Positions 10,601 to 17,555 of a DNA stretch of 64,000 nt are shown one piece after another; positions within the stretch are counted from its first letter, which is position 1; each line of letters opens with the position of its first letter. A model generated the notes under the pieces. That model was not told the origin of the DNA. It worked only from the letters and a program-made list of their open reading frames with translations, and searched no databases. This stretch comes from Alphaproteobacteria bacterium (lineage in GTDB: Bacteria > Pseudomonadota > Alphaproteobacteria > UBA828): contig CAXXMU010000006.1 of the NCBI GenBank assembly GCA_963667785.2, positions 928,001 to 992,000 on the forward strand, given 5' to 3'. The position numbers and the translations under genes were made by a program.

Positions 10601-11977
10601 GCCGTATCCCTCCAGCACCACGTGGGCGTTCGTGCCCGACCAGCCGAACCCGCTCACGCCGGCCCTCGGCGGACGGTCGGCGTCGTGCGGCCACGCCGTG
10701 GGGGTCGCCGTCACCTCGAGCGGCAGCCGCTCCCAATCGATTTCCGGTCTCGGGACCCGGAAATGGAGGTGCCTGGGAATCATCCCCCGGTTCATGGCTA
10801 GTACGGTCTTGATCACGCCGGCCACGCCGGCCGCCGCCTCGAGATGGCCGATGTTGGTCTTGACCGAACCGATCAGCAGGGGGCGATCCGCGTCGCGCCC
10901 GCGACCGTACGCCATGCCGGTTGCCTGCGCCTCGATCGGATCGCCCACATCTGTGCCCGTCCCGTGCGCTTCCACGTAGTCGATGTCGGCAGGCTGCAGC
11001 CCGGCCCGCCGCAGAGCCGCCTCGATGACCTTCTCTTGCGCCGGCCCGCTCGGGACCGTCAGGCCCGGGCTTGCCCCGTCCTGGTTCAGCGCCGAGCCGC
11101 GCACGACCGCCCAGATGCGGTCGCCGTCGGCCTCCGCCTCGGCCAGCCGCTTGAGCACCACGATGCCGCACCCCTCGCCGCGCACATAGCCGTTCGCGGC
11201 GGCGTCGAACGTGGCGCAGCGTCCGTCCGGCGACAGCATGCCGGCGTTGGCACGCATCTCCAGCAGTCGGCCCGAGAGGATCGCGTGCACGCCGCCGGCA
11301 AGCGCCAGGTCCGCCTCGCCCCGCTGCAGGCCGGTCACCGCCTGATGGATCGCGACCAGCGAGGACGAGCAGGCGGTGTCCAGCGCGAGCGCCGGGCCTT
11401 CCAGCCCGAGCGCGAAGGCGACCCTGCCGATCGCCGTGTTGAAGGAGGTGCCCGTGACGGAATAGAGGCTGACGGCGGGCTCGACCGGCTGGTCGGTGTC
11501 CAGGATCAGCCCGCGATACTCGTTGTTGCTGATCCCGGCATAGACGCCGGTGCGGCTGCCCTTCAGGCGGTCCGGATCCATCCCTGCGTCTTCGAGCGCG
11601 TGCCAGCAGGTCTCCAGCATCATTCGCTGCTGGGGGTCGAGCAGTTGCGCTTCGACCGGCGAGATGCGGAAGAAGGCGGCGTCAAACAGCTCGAGCTCGT
11701 CGAGATAGGCGCCGAACCGGCACGCCGGGGCCTGCGCGGCATCGGGGAACAGCGCGCCGATTCGCCCGACGCCGGAGCCGGGAACCCCTTCGATCACGCC
11801 GCTCTCGCCCGCCTCCAGCAAGCGCCAGAATGCGGAAATATCGTCCGCGCTGGGGAACCGGCACGCCATGCCGACGATCGCCACGGGCGAACCGGCCTCG
11901 GGGAATCCCGACTCGCGATCCTCGGGCCGGGCGTGCGCGTCGTCAGCGCGTCCGCCGCTCCCGTCTCGTTCCGTCAT
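1616..11977 (-). CDS. supA: Type I PKS, SupA-like (KS-AT-DH-cMT-ER-KR-ACP-KS-AT); likely methyl-branched fatty acid synthase
   Basis: KS1 DTACSSS/EAHGTGT/NIGHLE; AT GHSLG; DH HRVFGRLIAP..DGCFQ; MT VLEVGAGTG; ER HAGAGGVG; KR TGGLGGIG; ACP GMDSL; KS2 ELNCASS; degenerate AT2. The domain order matches the sponge-symbiont sup PKS. Confidence 0.9.
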   Translation of the reverse strand: MTERDGSGGRADDAHARPEDRESGFPEAGSPVAIVGMACRFPSADDISAFWRLLEAGESGVIEGVPGSGVGRIGALFPDAAQAPACRFGAYLDELELFDAAFFRISPVEAQLLDPQQRMMLETCWHALEDAGMDPDRLKGSRTGVYAGISNNEYRGLILDTDQPVEPAVSLYSVTGTSFNTAIGRVAFALGLEGPALALDTACSSSLVAIHQAVTGLQRGEADLALAGGVHAILSGRLLEMRANAGMLSPDGRCATFDAAANGYVRGEGCGIVVLKRLAEAEADGDRIWAVVRGSALNQDGASPGLTVPSGPAQEKVIEAALRRAGLQPADIDYVEAHGTGTDVGDPIEAQATGMAYGRGRDADRPLLIGSVKTNIGHLEAAAGVAGVIKTVLAMNRGMIPRHLHFRVPRPEIDWERLPLEVTATPTAWPHDADRPPRAGVSGFGWSGTNAHVVLEGYGAPNGAPPRPADGHEAVGAAQAVPISLPASVAGETTAEPAPAPRLTRVLPLSGKSDGALRALAGRYLAWLDEWAGVPAAGADALADMAWTAAAGRSHFSHRRGVVFQDDGSLRVGLAALQEGDEPAAPQTAARVAFAYTGQASQWPGMGAALYASEPVVRAVLDRCDALLAEDRAGASLLDVMFGRPGAVGDLDDPQWKQPAIYALECALAALWASIGIRPDVVIGHSLGEIAAAHTAGVFGLEEGLRFAAARGSLIGALPGEGAMAAVFAPASRIAPVLDEQNATSDGPDISIAADNGAHQVVSGPKTGIEALLARFEADEVRVARLRKSPAYHSAMIEPALGDLEAAISTIAFQPPSLTFVSNLTGRPLGEGEAPDAAYWRRQARETVAFRGCIETLAELGVDAVIEIGPHAVLGPMTTMAWPEAAGPAPVVLSSLVRPSKDEEPPAPGSGGGFADAVAGAYEAGLPLEFPGLFAGETRRRVALPGYPFQRERHWIEMPKRRRQASDHPLLGSRHESASGEIAFDTEIFPSDPAWLADHRVFGRLIAPGALYGAMAAAASLAEGSEAVVVDDFQMQSALVFPDEDAEDGAADAGRRVQVLLDGHEDGASRRVRILSRGEGEDGWTLHAEGRIPDGPPGPAPAAAPLDVEGLKAALSPVDLSGYYRAKASVGIDLGPSFRTIEALWARPGEAIAEVALPADLESGALDVHPLLLDGCFQVFGAARSADGGEEGITYLPFAWDGLRLPARLPERLICHVRMKEGPEGAAAEAENGDVPEVQAADLLLYEPDGAPIGVLAGFTVKRATRAALLAAVEGIDELLYEVVWRDAALAPGVLPADFLTAPSDVTAETDLFTAYLANEGVGADDRAALLADLEQLSHAYALATLDRLGWQREAGASVDSEDLRQRLKVGDEHVRLFRRLLEMQARTGVLTEEPDGAFVVAVGSEDPLPDGMPDDTETLAGRMAAQYAHGSNEIGLFRRSANALADVLRGEADALTLLFSSGEPTAADLYLKAPVARAANRMLADATATLLRDLPAGRRLRVLEVGAGTGSATAAVLPELPAGGYDFIYTDISAGFFSEAESRFGGAEAAIDYRVLDIEKDPLEQGFDAHGYDLVIASNVLHATRYLNETLAHCLALLAPSGQLVALENLRSQGWLDLTFGQLDGWWRFADDYRPHHALATPAVWRQALGDAGFGDVAILGFDESDPDANPDRGVIVAQGPAEVTEAPGVWVLAADRGGVADGLARELAAHNQRVVLAGDAPRGAAEDAASGVASESVEAENRDSWRALLDDLPADPPLAGVVHLAGLDGHGTQATTAEMAADAQHVAASALALTQALAESDLAPSKGLWFVTRGAQVLERERGGELAGATLWGLGKVAAREAPRLQPRMLDLDPADAWVPTDLATELLYPDDETHIAYRFGRRQCARLVRAAAVADRLALPEEPGWELAPDAGGSLDAIQVVPVPERPLEPGEVRAAIEAFGLNFRDVFIAIGLVDDFMGGEFCGRVLEVGEGVTSVAVGDRVVGMTFRNYGSETVTLEKMIVPAPAGFSVTELATIPTAFVSAALSFELSGLNAGDRVLVHAGAGGVGLAAIQLAQAAGAEVFATASARKRDYLRSLGVAHVFDSRTTAFGSDILEATGGVGVDMVLNSLTGEGYIEASLSCLAKAGRFVEMGRVDILSEDEMAALRPDVSYAILMIDVLKEEEPAKAGEILRRVMARLEAGELTPLLHARWPVAEAGSAMKCMQAARHIGKIIFTNSPLARGRLREDRSYLVTGGLGGIGIAVAGWLAERGAGAIVLNGRRAPEPEVEAAIEALRGQGAAVQVELADVTDAAALDAMLARMDADLPPLAGVIHSVGVLSDATIGNQSWETFETVLWPKMLGAWHLHRATAGRDLDMFVLFSSVAGVLGNPGQANHAAANAFLDQLAAHRQALGLPGQAIAWGAWSEIGEAEEQRERMTRRSVTGGIEWITPQQGLRAFDRLVREDATTGVVVARDWVAFGESLETRPPLLEDLLSDGADDGTDDASADDLLARLREAPAATREEVLASFLQGEVKAVLRLPTTPAPAVGFFDLGMDSLMAVELRNRLNRAFGGVYTASNTVVFDYPDIAALAAHLTGELGDIVGADAPAPQPAPAPVAAARRDGEGTADAIAIVGMACRFPGGPDLPSFWNQLDAGADAVTDERREAGPWEDFVEHLPAQYADFGRAGFVDGIDQFDARFFGISPIEARIMDPQQRMLLETTWQALEDAGIDPDGLKGSSTGVYAGVATSEYRDLMKGGDYGIGYLSTAASMAVGRLAFRFGLAGPTMPVELNCASSLVAVHQAVTSLRLGEADLALVGGVSAVLSAPITREMADLGLLSRDGVCKSFDAAADGFVRGEGCGMVVLKRLAEAEADGDRIWAVIRGSAVNQNGASAGATVPNGPAQERVIEQALSQAAISPAEVDYLEAHGAGSAFGDPIEVQAAAAVYGRGRDADRPLLIGSVKTNIGHLESAAGIAGLIKAVLAMTRGVIPQHLHLRTPSPLIEWERLPVRVTTEAADWPRAPDRPPRAGVSAFGISGVNAHVVLEGYADAEGAAGPRENGHLPAGPARPVAASLPESVAEPSPEDDASAGRDTRILPLSGKSEEAVRALAGRYLAWLDDHAGDLAADAAASGPLLSDMAWTAGVGRSHLACRAGVVFCDAASLRERLTAVAGTGGAAKTATVGKVAFVYPGEGSQWQGMGKALYESEPVVRAVLDRCEAALGEARGASLLDAMFARSGPANALEDPAWSRPATYALACALMALWSSVGIRPSAVAGEGAGEIAAAQAAGVLGLEDGLRLAAGDDPEAALEGVALAPPSIGLISGATGRPVEPGTAPDAAYWERQARERAPLERCAGALAALGADVVIELGPQAALGPALAGAWPASANAPTTSASLTPPPAGESGRSASGDTGFVAAVAAAYEAGLPVSFAGLFAGETRRRISLPGYPFQRRRHWLRKLGTQAAAPA

Positions 11978-12288
11978 CGCACTGCTCCCGCCATGAGGAG
12001 ATCGGCATGGTCATTCTAACCCGTGCACATGCACGAGCGGCATACACATACAAGAGCCTTCCCGCCAGATGCGGCACGCGGGCGGCACGAGGGGCTCACA
12101 CGTCTCCCTCGGACGCCTGCAAGCCGGGCGATGGTATCAGGCGGAAGGCGCCTCCCGCATCCGGGTCGCGTCGGGCCAGCGCTCCCGCAGGCACGCGCCT
12201 AGCCCGCTCAAAGCCGAGCGCTACAAGGGGGAGCCCGGTTCTTCGACCGGAAGGAATCGCCCGTTTGCAACCTGTTGGACGAGCAGGA

Positions 12289-12300
12289 TGGCGGAGGGAG
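12289..12300 (-). other. Possible tRNA-3'-like att remnant (CTCCCTCCGCCA) upstream of the integrase
   Basis: Resembles a tRNA(Ser-like) acceptor end with CCA, ~150 bp from the integrase start; no partner copy found in the window. Confidence 0.35.
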
Positions 12301-12450
12301 TGTCCGCCGTTAGAACGTTTCGCTCTATCCCGGTATGTCTCCACAACACTCTGAAATAAGGCTTTTCATGAATGTGTCGCGTCTTGCACGGCCTCACGCC
12401 ATCCCGTACAATCCCGTCTAGTATAGGGAGTGGGAAAGAGGGTAATCGCC

Positions 12451-13686
12451 ATGGCGGACGGTCGAAAACCGAAGGGCAAGCACCCTGACAAGGCCCTGAG
12501 CCCGGCCTTCGTGCGCAAGGCCTCGAAGCCCGGACGCTACAACGACGGCAACGGGCTGTTCCTGAAGGTCGACCCCTCGGGCGCCAAGCGCTGGGGACAA
12601 AGGCTTGTCATCCACGGACGGCAGCGCACACTAGGACTTGGCGGGTGTGCGCTTGTGACTTTGGCCGAGGCGCGAGAGGCCGCACTGGCGAATCGCAAGA
12701 TCGCGCGGGCTGGCGGTGACCCGCTGGCGCAGCGTCGCCTCACGACCGATACCCCGACATTCGAGTCTGCAGCCGCGACCGTCATCGAGCTGCACCACCA
12801 CGGATGGCGCAACGAAAAGCACGCCGCCCAGTGGGAGGCCACGCTGCGCACCTACGTCCACCCGCACCTGGGCAAGCGATCCGTCGCAGACATCACGACC
12901 GCCGACGTCATGGCAGTCCTCATGCCGATCTGGAACGAGAAGCCCGAGACCGCCCGGCGCGTGCGCCAGCGCATCTCCACCGTGATGAAGTGGGCCGTGG
13001 CGCAGGGCTACCGGGGCGACAATCCTGCCGGCGACGCGATCGGCGCGGCTCTTCCCAAGCACAACGGCAAGACCAAGCGCCATCATCGAGCCCTGCCGCA
13101 CGGGGAGGTTGCGGCCGCCATCGAGGCGGTACGTGGCTCCAACGCCGGGAGGTCCGTAAAGCTCGCCTTCGAGTTTCTGGTGCTGACGGCCGCGCGCTCG
13201 GGCGAGGTCCGGCTCGCCACCTGGGACGAGATCGACAGGGACGCGAAGACCTGGACCGTACCGGCTTCACGCATGAAAGCCGGGCGCGAACATCGGGTGC
13301 CGCTGTCCGAACGCGCGCTCGCGATCCTCGATGAAGTGCAGGCGCTCTCCGACGGAAGCGGCCTCGTCTTTCCCGGCACCCGAACCGGCAAGCCGCTCTC
13401 GGACATGACGCTATCCAAGCTCATGCGCGACCTAGACCTCGACGCCGTGCCGCACGGCTTCAGATCGAGCTTCCGCGACTGGGCGGCCGAGTGCACTAAC
13501 GCCCCGCGCGACGTGATGGAGGCGGCTCTGGCCCACACGGTGCGTGACAAGGTCGAGGCCGCCTACAACCGCACCGACCTGTTCGAGCGTCGGCGCGCGC
13601 TCATGGATCAATGGGCCTCTTACCTCGACGGCGCCGCCGGCGCCGTCGTGACGATGGTGCGCCGTAAGGGACAGGCAAATGCGTGA
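12451..13686 (+). CDS. P4-like tyrosine integrase with arm-DNA-binding domain
   Basis: 'PGRYNDGNGLFLKV..GAKRW' N-terminus; 'LTAARSGEV', 'HRVPLS', 'PHGFRSSFRDWAAE', 'LAH..VEAAYNR' catalytic motifs. Confidence 0.95.
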   Translation: MADGRKPKGKHPDKALSPAFVRKASKPGRYNDGNGLFLKVDPSGAKRWGQRLVIHGRQRTLGLGGCALVTLAEAREAALANRKIARAGGDPLAQRRLTTDTPTFESAAATVIELHHHGWRNEKHAAQWEATLRTYVHPHLGKRSVADITTADVMAVLMPIWNEKPETARRVRQRISTVMKWAVAQGYRGDNPAGDAIGAALPKHNGKTKRHHRALPHGEVAAAIEAVRGSNAGRSVKLAFEFLVLTAARSGEVRLATWDEIDRDAKTWTVPASRMKAGREHRVPLSERALAILDEVQALSDGSGLVFPGTRTGKPLSDMTLSKLMRDLDLDAVPHGFRSSFRDWAAECTNAPRDVMEAALAHTVRDKVEAAYNRTDLFERRRALMDQWASYLDGAAGAVVTMVRRKGQANA

Positions 13687-14536
13687 ACGGGAGCGGAGAG
13701 CGGCACGGAAGCGACAGGACATGGAGGACGCCTATGCTGAGGCCTGTGGGATCGTCGACCACGTTCTGGCGCACCCGACGCTTCAAGACAGATTAGAGCT
13801 CAGTTTACGGTTCCCTGCTCTCTCTCCAGAGGAACAGCAGAGACAATTCCGCGACTTAGTAGAAGGAAATGCGAGGATCTGTCTGCATGGCCGACCTAAT
13901 GAGGGCATTCGGCCGGAACTCTGGTGCCACGCATTGATCGAGGAAGTTGACCTCCTGGCACATGCGCGACCCGCGCTGGAACGTGCCAAGGAGCTATACC
14001 GCGAAACAGGGACGCAAATGCCCATACGCTTGAGGGAGTGGTGTCCCGGTCCCTCCCCGTCCCGGCGGCGCGGGCCGCGTGGCCAAGCGCAAGGCATGAC
14101 AGCACTGCGCGACCACGTGCTCTCTATGCCAATCTCTGCGGTGAAATATGTTCAAGAACATAACCGTTGGCCCGAGCGTCTATCCCTTGGACGCGCGTTG
14201 TCGAAAGGAGAAGAGCCGACCGGTTACACGATCTGCGGCGCAGTTTGTGAAGTGGTCGCCGCACGCCATGGCGACTACAAAGTGTACCAGCGGGTCACCT
14301 ACCACATGGTTCGCAATGGCTGGAGACGGTACCAACGGAAAGATCGAACAAGTGTCGGGCGGCCAATCCTCCCGCCGCAAGGGCTGGCATCTGTCCTGAA
14401 CCCTCCCGACGGCACCGGTGAGCCCTTCCGGCGCTGGATGGGGGAGAGGACTGCACGCCACATCGCCGGTGAGCTCAATGCACCGACTGCTGACCCGATC
14501 CAAGACGGCTCGGCCCAAGATACCGACGCTGGCTGA
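13679..14536 (+). CDS. Hypothetical island protein
   Basis: 285-aa ORF overlapping the integrase stop; no recognisable motif. Confidence 0.55.
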   Translation: MRERERRAARKRQDMEDAYAEACGIVDHVLAHPTLQDRLELSLRFPALSPEEQQRQFRDLVEGNARICLHGRPNEGIRPELWCHALIEEVDLLAHARPALERAKELYRETGTQMPIRLREWCPGPSPSRRRGPRGQAQGMTALRDHVLSMPISAVKYVQEHNRWPERLSLGRALSKGEEPTGYTICGAVCEVVAARHGDYKVYQRVTYHMVRNGWRRYQRKDRTSVGRPILPPQGLASVLNPPDGTGEPFRRWMGERTARHIAGELNAPTADPIQDGSAQDTDAG

Positions 14537-14652
14537 CTGACAGGCGGGCAGTCTCAGCGAAAGCGCACCTGCAGTTATCTTTGCTTCACATGTGACCGTC
14601 GCAGGTTGCTACGCCTCCCTGTACGGCTTCACGCGCCACTGGAGGAAAGCGG

Positions 14653-14904
14653 ATGTCTGGCGACGATCAGCTCTTGCGGCTGCCCGCCGTGACCCAGCTC
14701 ACTGGTGTTTCTCGCAGCCGAATCTACTTGCTCATGCAATCGGGCGAGTTCCCGCGCTCGCTGAAGATTGGCCCCCGCGCACGCGCCTGGAGCAAGCGAG
14801 AGATTCTCGACTGGATGGCGCAACGCCAGCGAACGCGTCCCGGCGAGATGCCGGCAACACCCTCAACCGGTTCATGCGCCGCACGGGCGCGCTCGCCCTC
14901 TTGA
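14653..14904 (+). CDS. alpA: AlpA-family transcriptional regulator/excisionase
   Basis: 'LLRLPAVTQLTGVSRSRIYLLMQSGEFPRSLKIGPRARAW...ILDW'; GGAGG RBS. Confidence 0.9.
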   Translation: MSGDDQLLRLPAVTQLTGVSRSRIYLLMQSGEFPRSLKIGPRARAWSKREILDWMAQRQRTRPGEMPATPSTGSCAARARSPS

Positions 14905-15386
14905 GCTACAGGAGCGATGTGGACCGGCTCTTGTCCTGCGCTTTCGATCTGCTGCTGCTGGACGCTCTCCAGAGAGTCCCCTTCACCCCTCACGGCATGT
15001 GGACGCTGGACAGGTATCTCAACGGGACGGCGCTTAGACTGCGGAGCAAGCTGGCGTTCCGCATCAACTACGACAGGGCTCGGGCCAAGGCGGGTCGTTG
15101 AGAGGAAGCATTGGACCGATGCGGCGCCGCGCCGTACCGGGCAAGCGAAGGGCCGACGGGATGGATACACGTCAGGTATTTAGCCTGATCCCGATGGTGG
15201 GCAGGAGATGGCCTGAGTAGCCAGGAGATAGATCGTTTGGAGGGTGCCGTGCCGTCTTCTGATCGGGAGTGGCCTGGAGGGATTTCCTGTGCCTATTGTC
15301 CAAGTACCTATTGGGTACCTGGTGGACGAAGGCGAAGAAGAGTTGAGCAGATACAGGACGTGCTCTGTTCCAGAAAACTTCCTCTC

Positions 15387-16457
15387 TCAATCCTCTGTGT
15401 TTTGTGGGACTGGCGGCCGCTCTTGCTGGATCACATCGACACGATCCTTGAGTGCACCAAAATCACTAGTGGCATTCTCCAGCCGTTCTTCGAGGTTCTC
15501 TATTCGCTCTGTAATGCTTTGAGCATTCTCGGTCGCCTGCTGCCGATCCGCCTTCACCTGCTGATGAACCTCATTCGTCGTTGTTACCACCTGACTCACA
15601 AGGGAATAACCTTGAACAATAATCGTAGCAATTGCCGCAACCACCAATATCGCAGTTGCAACACCTATCCAAGTGTAAAGTTTTCTGAATCGGTCGGTAG
15701 TGTCGCGTGATTTTTCGACAGAATCTCTAGCTTCTTCTGCCCCTTTTCGAGCTGTTTCAGCAGCGTTTCTGGTTTCATCCAAGGCTCCATGGAAAGCACT
15801 CTGTACTCCGCCTTGGGCGGTTACTCCGGATTTCAGAAAGTACGCAAGCGGATCGTCAAGGTCTTTTGCGTTGGGAAATGCTTTCAGATTCTCAGGTCTC
15901 CCTACACCCTCCTTATTATGCTGCTTCCAATATTCGCTTTCGGATAGTTTTGTAAATTCCACCCAAATAATCCCATCTCCACCACAAATTTCATAATTGT
16001 TATTTGTGAGGTTATGCAGCGGAATCAGTAGACTTCCCGAAAATCCAGAATCTACTAGTGGACCAGTTCCCAATAACAGACCCTTATGTACATGACGAAT
16101 GTGTAAGTTGAAACGCGCAGCGATATACTCCGGAAGAAACAATTGTTCTGCCATCCACAAATAAGTTATAGAGTTGCGGTGTAGTATAGTGGGTTTATCT
16201 TTCACTATTTCTCTACAACGGGGCTTCAATTGTCCTTCATCAGTGACAATCCAGTCATAAAGCTTGCCTAGAAACCGCATCTCGTATGACGCAGGCTTGA
16301 GAAGATCAGAGTCGAACGTCGCTTTGTCGAGAAGACATCCAATGTCGACATATTTCTTGATGTCAGCAGAATTCAGCAGCGCCGGAGCTATGTCTTGTGA
16401 ATAGGGATCATAGGCGTAGTTTTTGTTTTTCCGCCATTGTTGATGTGTTCTAGTCAT
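15387..16457 (-). CDS. dCTP-deaminase/dUTPase-fold protein with coiled coil, transmembrane helix and second coiled coil
   Basis: 'LLNSADI', 'KPASYEMR', 'LPEYIAARF', 'GPLVDSGFSGSLLIPLHNLT'; TM 'LYTWIGVATAILVVAAIATIIVQGY'; visibly AT-richer than the host genes. Confidence 0.8.
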   Translation of the reverse strand: MTRTHQQWRKNKNYAYDPYSQDIAPALLNSADIKKYVDIGCLLDKATFDSDLLKPASYEMRFLGKLYDWIVTDEGQLKPRCREIVKDKPTILHRNSITYLWMAEQLFLPEYIAARFNLHIRHVHKGLLLGTGPLVDSGFSGSLLIPLHNLTNNNYEICGGDGIIWVEFTKLSESEYWKQHNKEGVGRPENLKAFPNAKDLDDPLAYFLKSGVTAQGGVQSAFHGALDETRNAAETARKGAEEARDSVEKSRDTTDRFRKLYTWIGVATAILVVAAIATIIVQGYSLVSQVVTTTNEVHQQVKADRQQATENAQSITERIENLEERLENATSDFGALKDRVDVIQQERPPVPQNTED

Positions 16458-16490
16458 TCTGTAGTCCTTCCGACGACGATTATGCTAACA

Positions 16491-17555
16491 CTAATTCTGG
16501 TCGCTTTTCTGCGTGAACGGCTCGGTAAACCATCCGGATTGGGGACGGTCGATAATGCGGCTAGGGCCTGATCCTACATAGTTGATTTTCTGTCCCAATT
16601 GAGATTCGAGAAGCGAAACGCATTTGCCTGCTCGAGAGCTGATAGTAGCGGACTCGTGAATCGCATAGTCAAAATAGTCTACGTGATTGAGAAAAATCAT
16701 GTTTGGAGAGTTCGCCCGAAGTGCCCGGAGCACGACCTCGTCATGAAACTCAGCGACTCGGCGGGGTCGCCCAGTAACTGTAGTGAACTCTGTCAGGTTG
16801 ACGTTGGCTCCGCTGCTGCGTGTGATTGACTCCCATGTGGTCTCAAGAGGGAGAGGACCAGAATTTCCGTGCACACGGATGGGAAATGAGCGGATGACCA
16901 GGGCAACGCAGTCGACAAGACGTGGGCTCAGTCCCGCCTCGGACAAAGCTCCTGCCGCAGTTGTGTCGCGGCTAGTTGAATATGGGTAGTGCCCGCCGTG
17001 CAGAATTGATAGCCCGAAGCCTTGGGTGCCTTCAATCATGACACGTTGTCCGTCTTCGAGGGCGACGGCCAGGACGTCGTCTAGGTCAGGACGAACGAAT
17101 TCACGAAGGCACTCAATGGTACCGGCAAACGTGATCGACGATCTCCGCATCGCTCGTTGCGCCACGGCCCCACCCACTCCCTGTCCCGTGGATGCTATTC
17201 CTTCCAGCAAGCCTGCGGCGCGCTCATCTGCTCTCATCGAATCGTCCAGCACGACGGCCGACGGATGAATCAACAAGCGGTCTTTCGTGAGGCCAGTTTC
17301 TTCCATTTCGCGCATGAGAATGGTGGAATCGAGGTAGGCACCCGCAGGAACGATACCGATAACGTCGTCGGTCAGGATTGGTGTGGGAAGATGCTGAAGA
17401 ACAATGCGACGTCCGTCCTCGACCACAGTGTGACCCGAGTTCGGTCCTCCTACGCGAATCGCGTATCGCGGTCGTTGCAGGCGCGCCAGCCAGTGTGCGA
17501 CCTTGCCCTTGCCTTCCGAACCGTATTGGCCACCGACTACTATGGTTACCGGCAT
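16491..17555 (-). CDS. Adenylosuccinate synthetase paralogue, PurZ0/PurZ-like
   Basis: 'GGQYGSEGKGK', 'GGPNSGHT', 'IEGTQG', 'YPYSTSRDTT', 'FPIRV', 'TTVTGRPRRV', 'NHVDY'; 354-aa short (archaeal/phage-type) form. Confidence 0.85.
   Translation of the reverse strand: MPVTIVVGGQYGSEGKGKVAHWLARLQRPRYAIRVGGPNSGHTVVEDGRRIVLQHLPTPILTDDVIGIVPAGAYLDSTILMREMEETGLTKDRLLIHPSAVVLDDSMRADERAAGLLEGIASTGQGVGGAVAQRAMRRSSITFAGTIECLREFVRPDLDDVLAVALEDGQRVMIEGTQGFGLSILHGGHYPYSTSRDTTAAGALSEAGLSPRLVDCVALVIRSFPIRVHGNSGPLPLETTWESITRSSGANVNLTEFTTVTGRPRRVAEFHDEVVLRALRANSPNMIFLNHVDYFDYAIHESATISSRAGKCVSLLESQLGQKINYVGSGPSRIIDRPQSGWFTEPFTQKSDQN

Noticed and set aside
5027-10801. Long plus-strand ORFs (1121 aa, 776 aa) opposite the PKS
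   Set aside because: Antisense shadows of a GC-rich gene; no motifs
14592-15101. 169-aa ORF overlapping alpA
   Set aside because: Overlaps alpA in another frame; at most a gene fragment
16491-17555. Annotation as housekeeping purA, or as part of a Z-genome prophage
   Set aside because: Catalytic Asp13 is replaced and the gene sits in an island; no DatZ, MazZ, DpoZ or virion genes nearby
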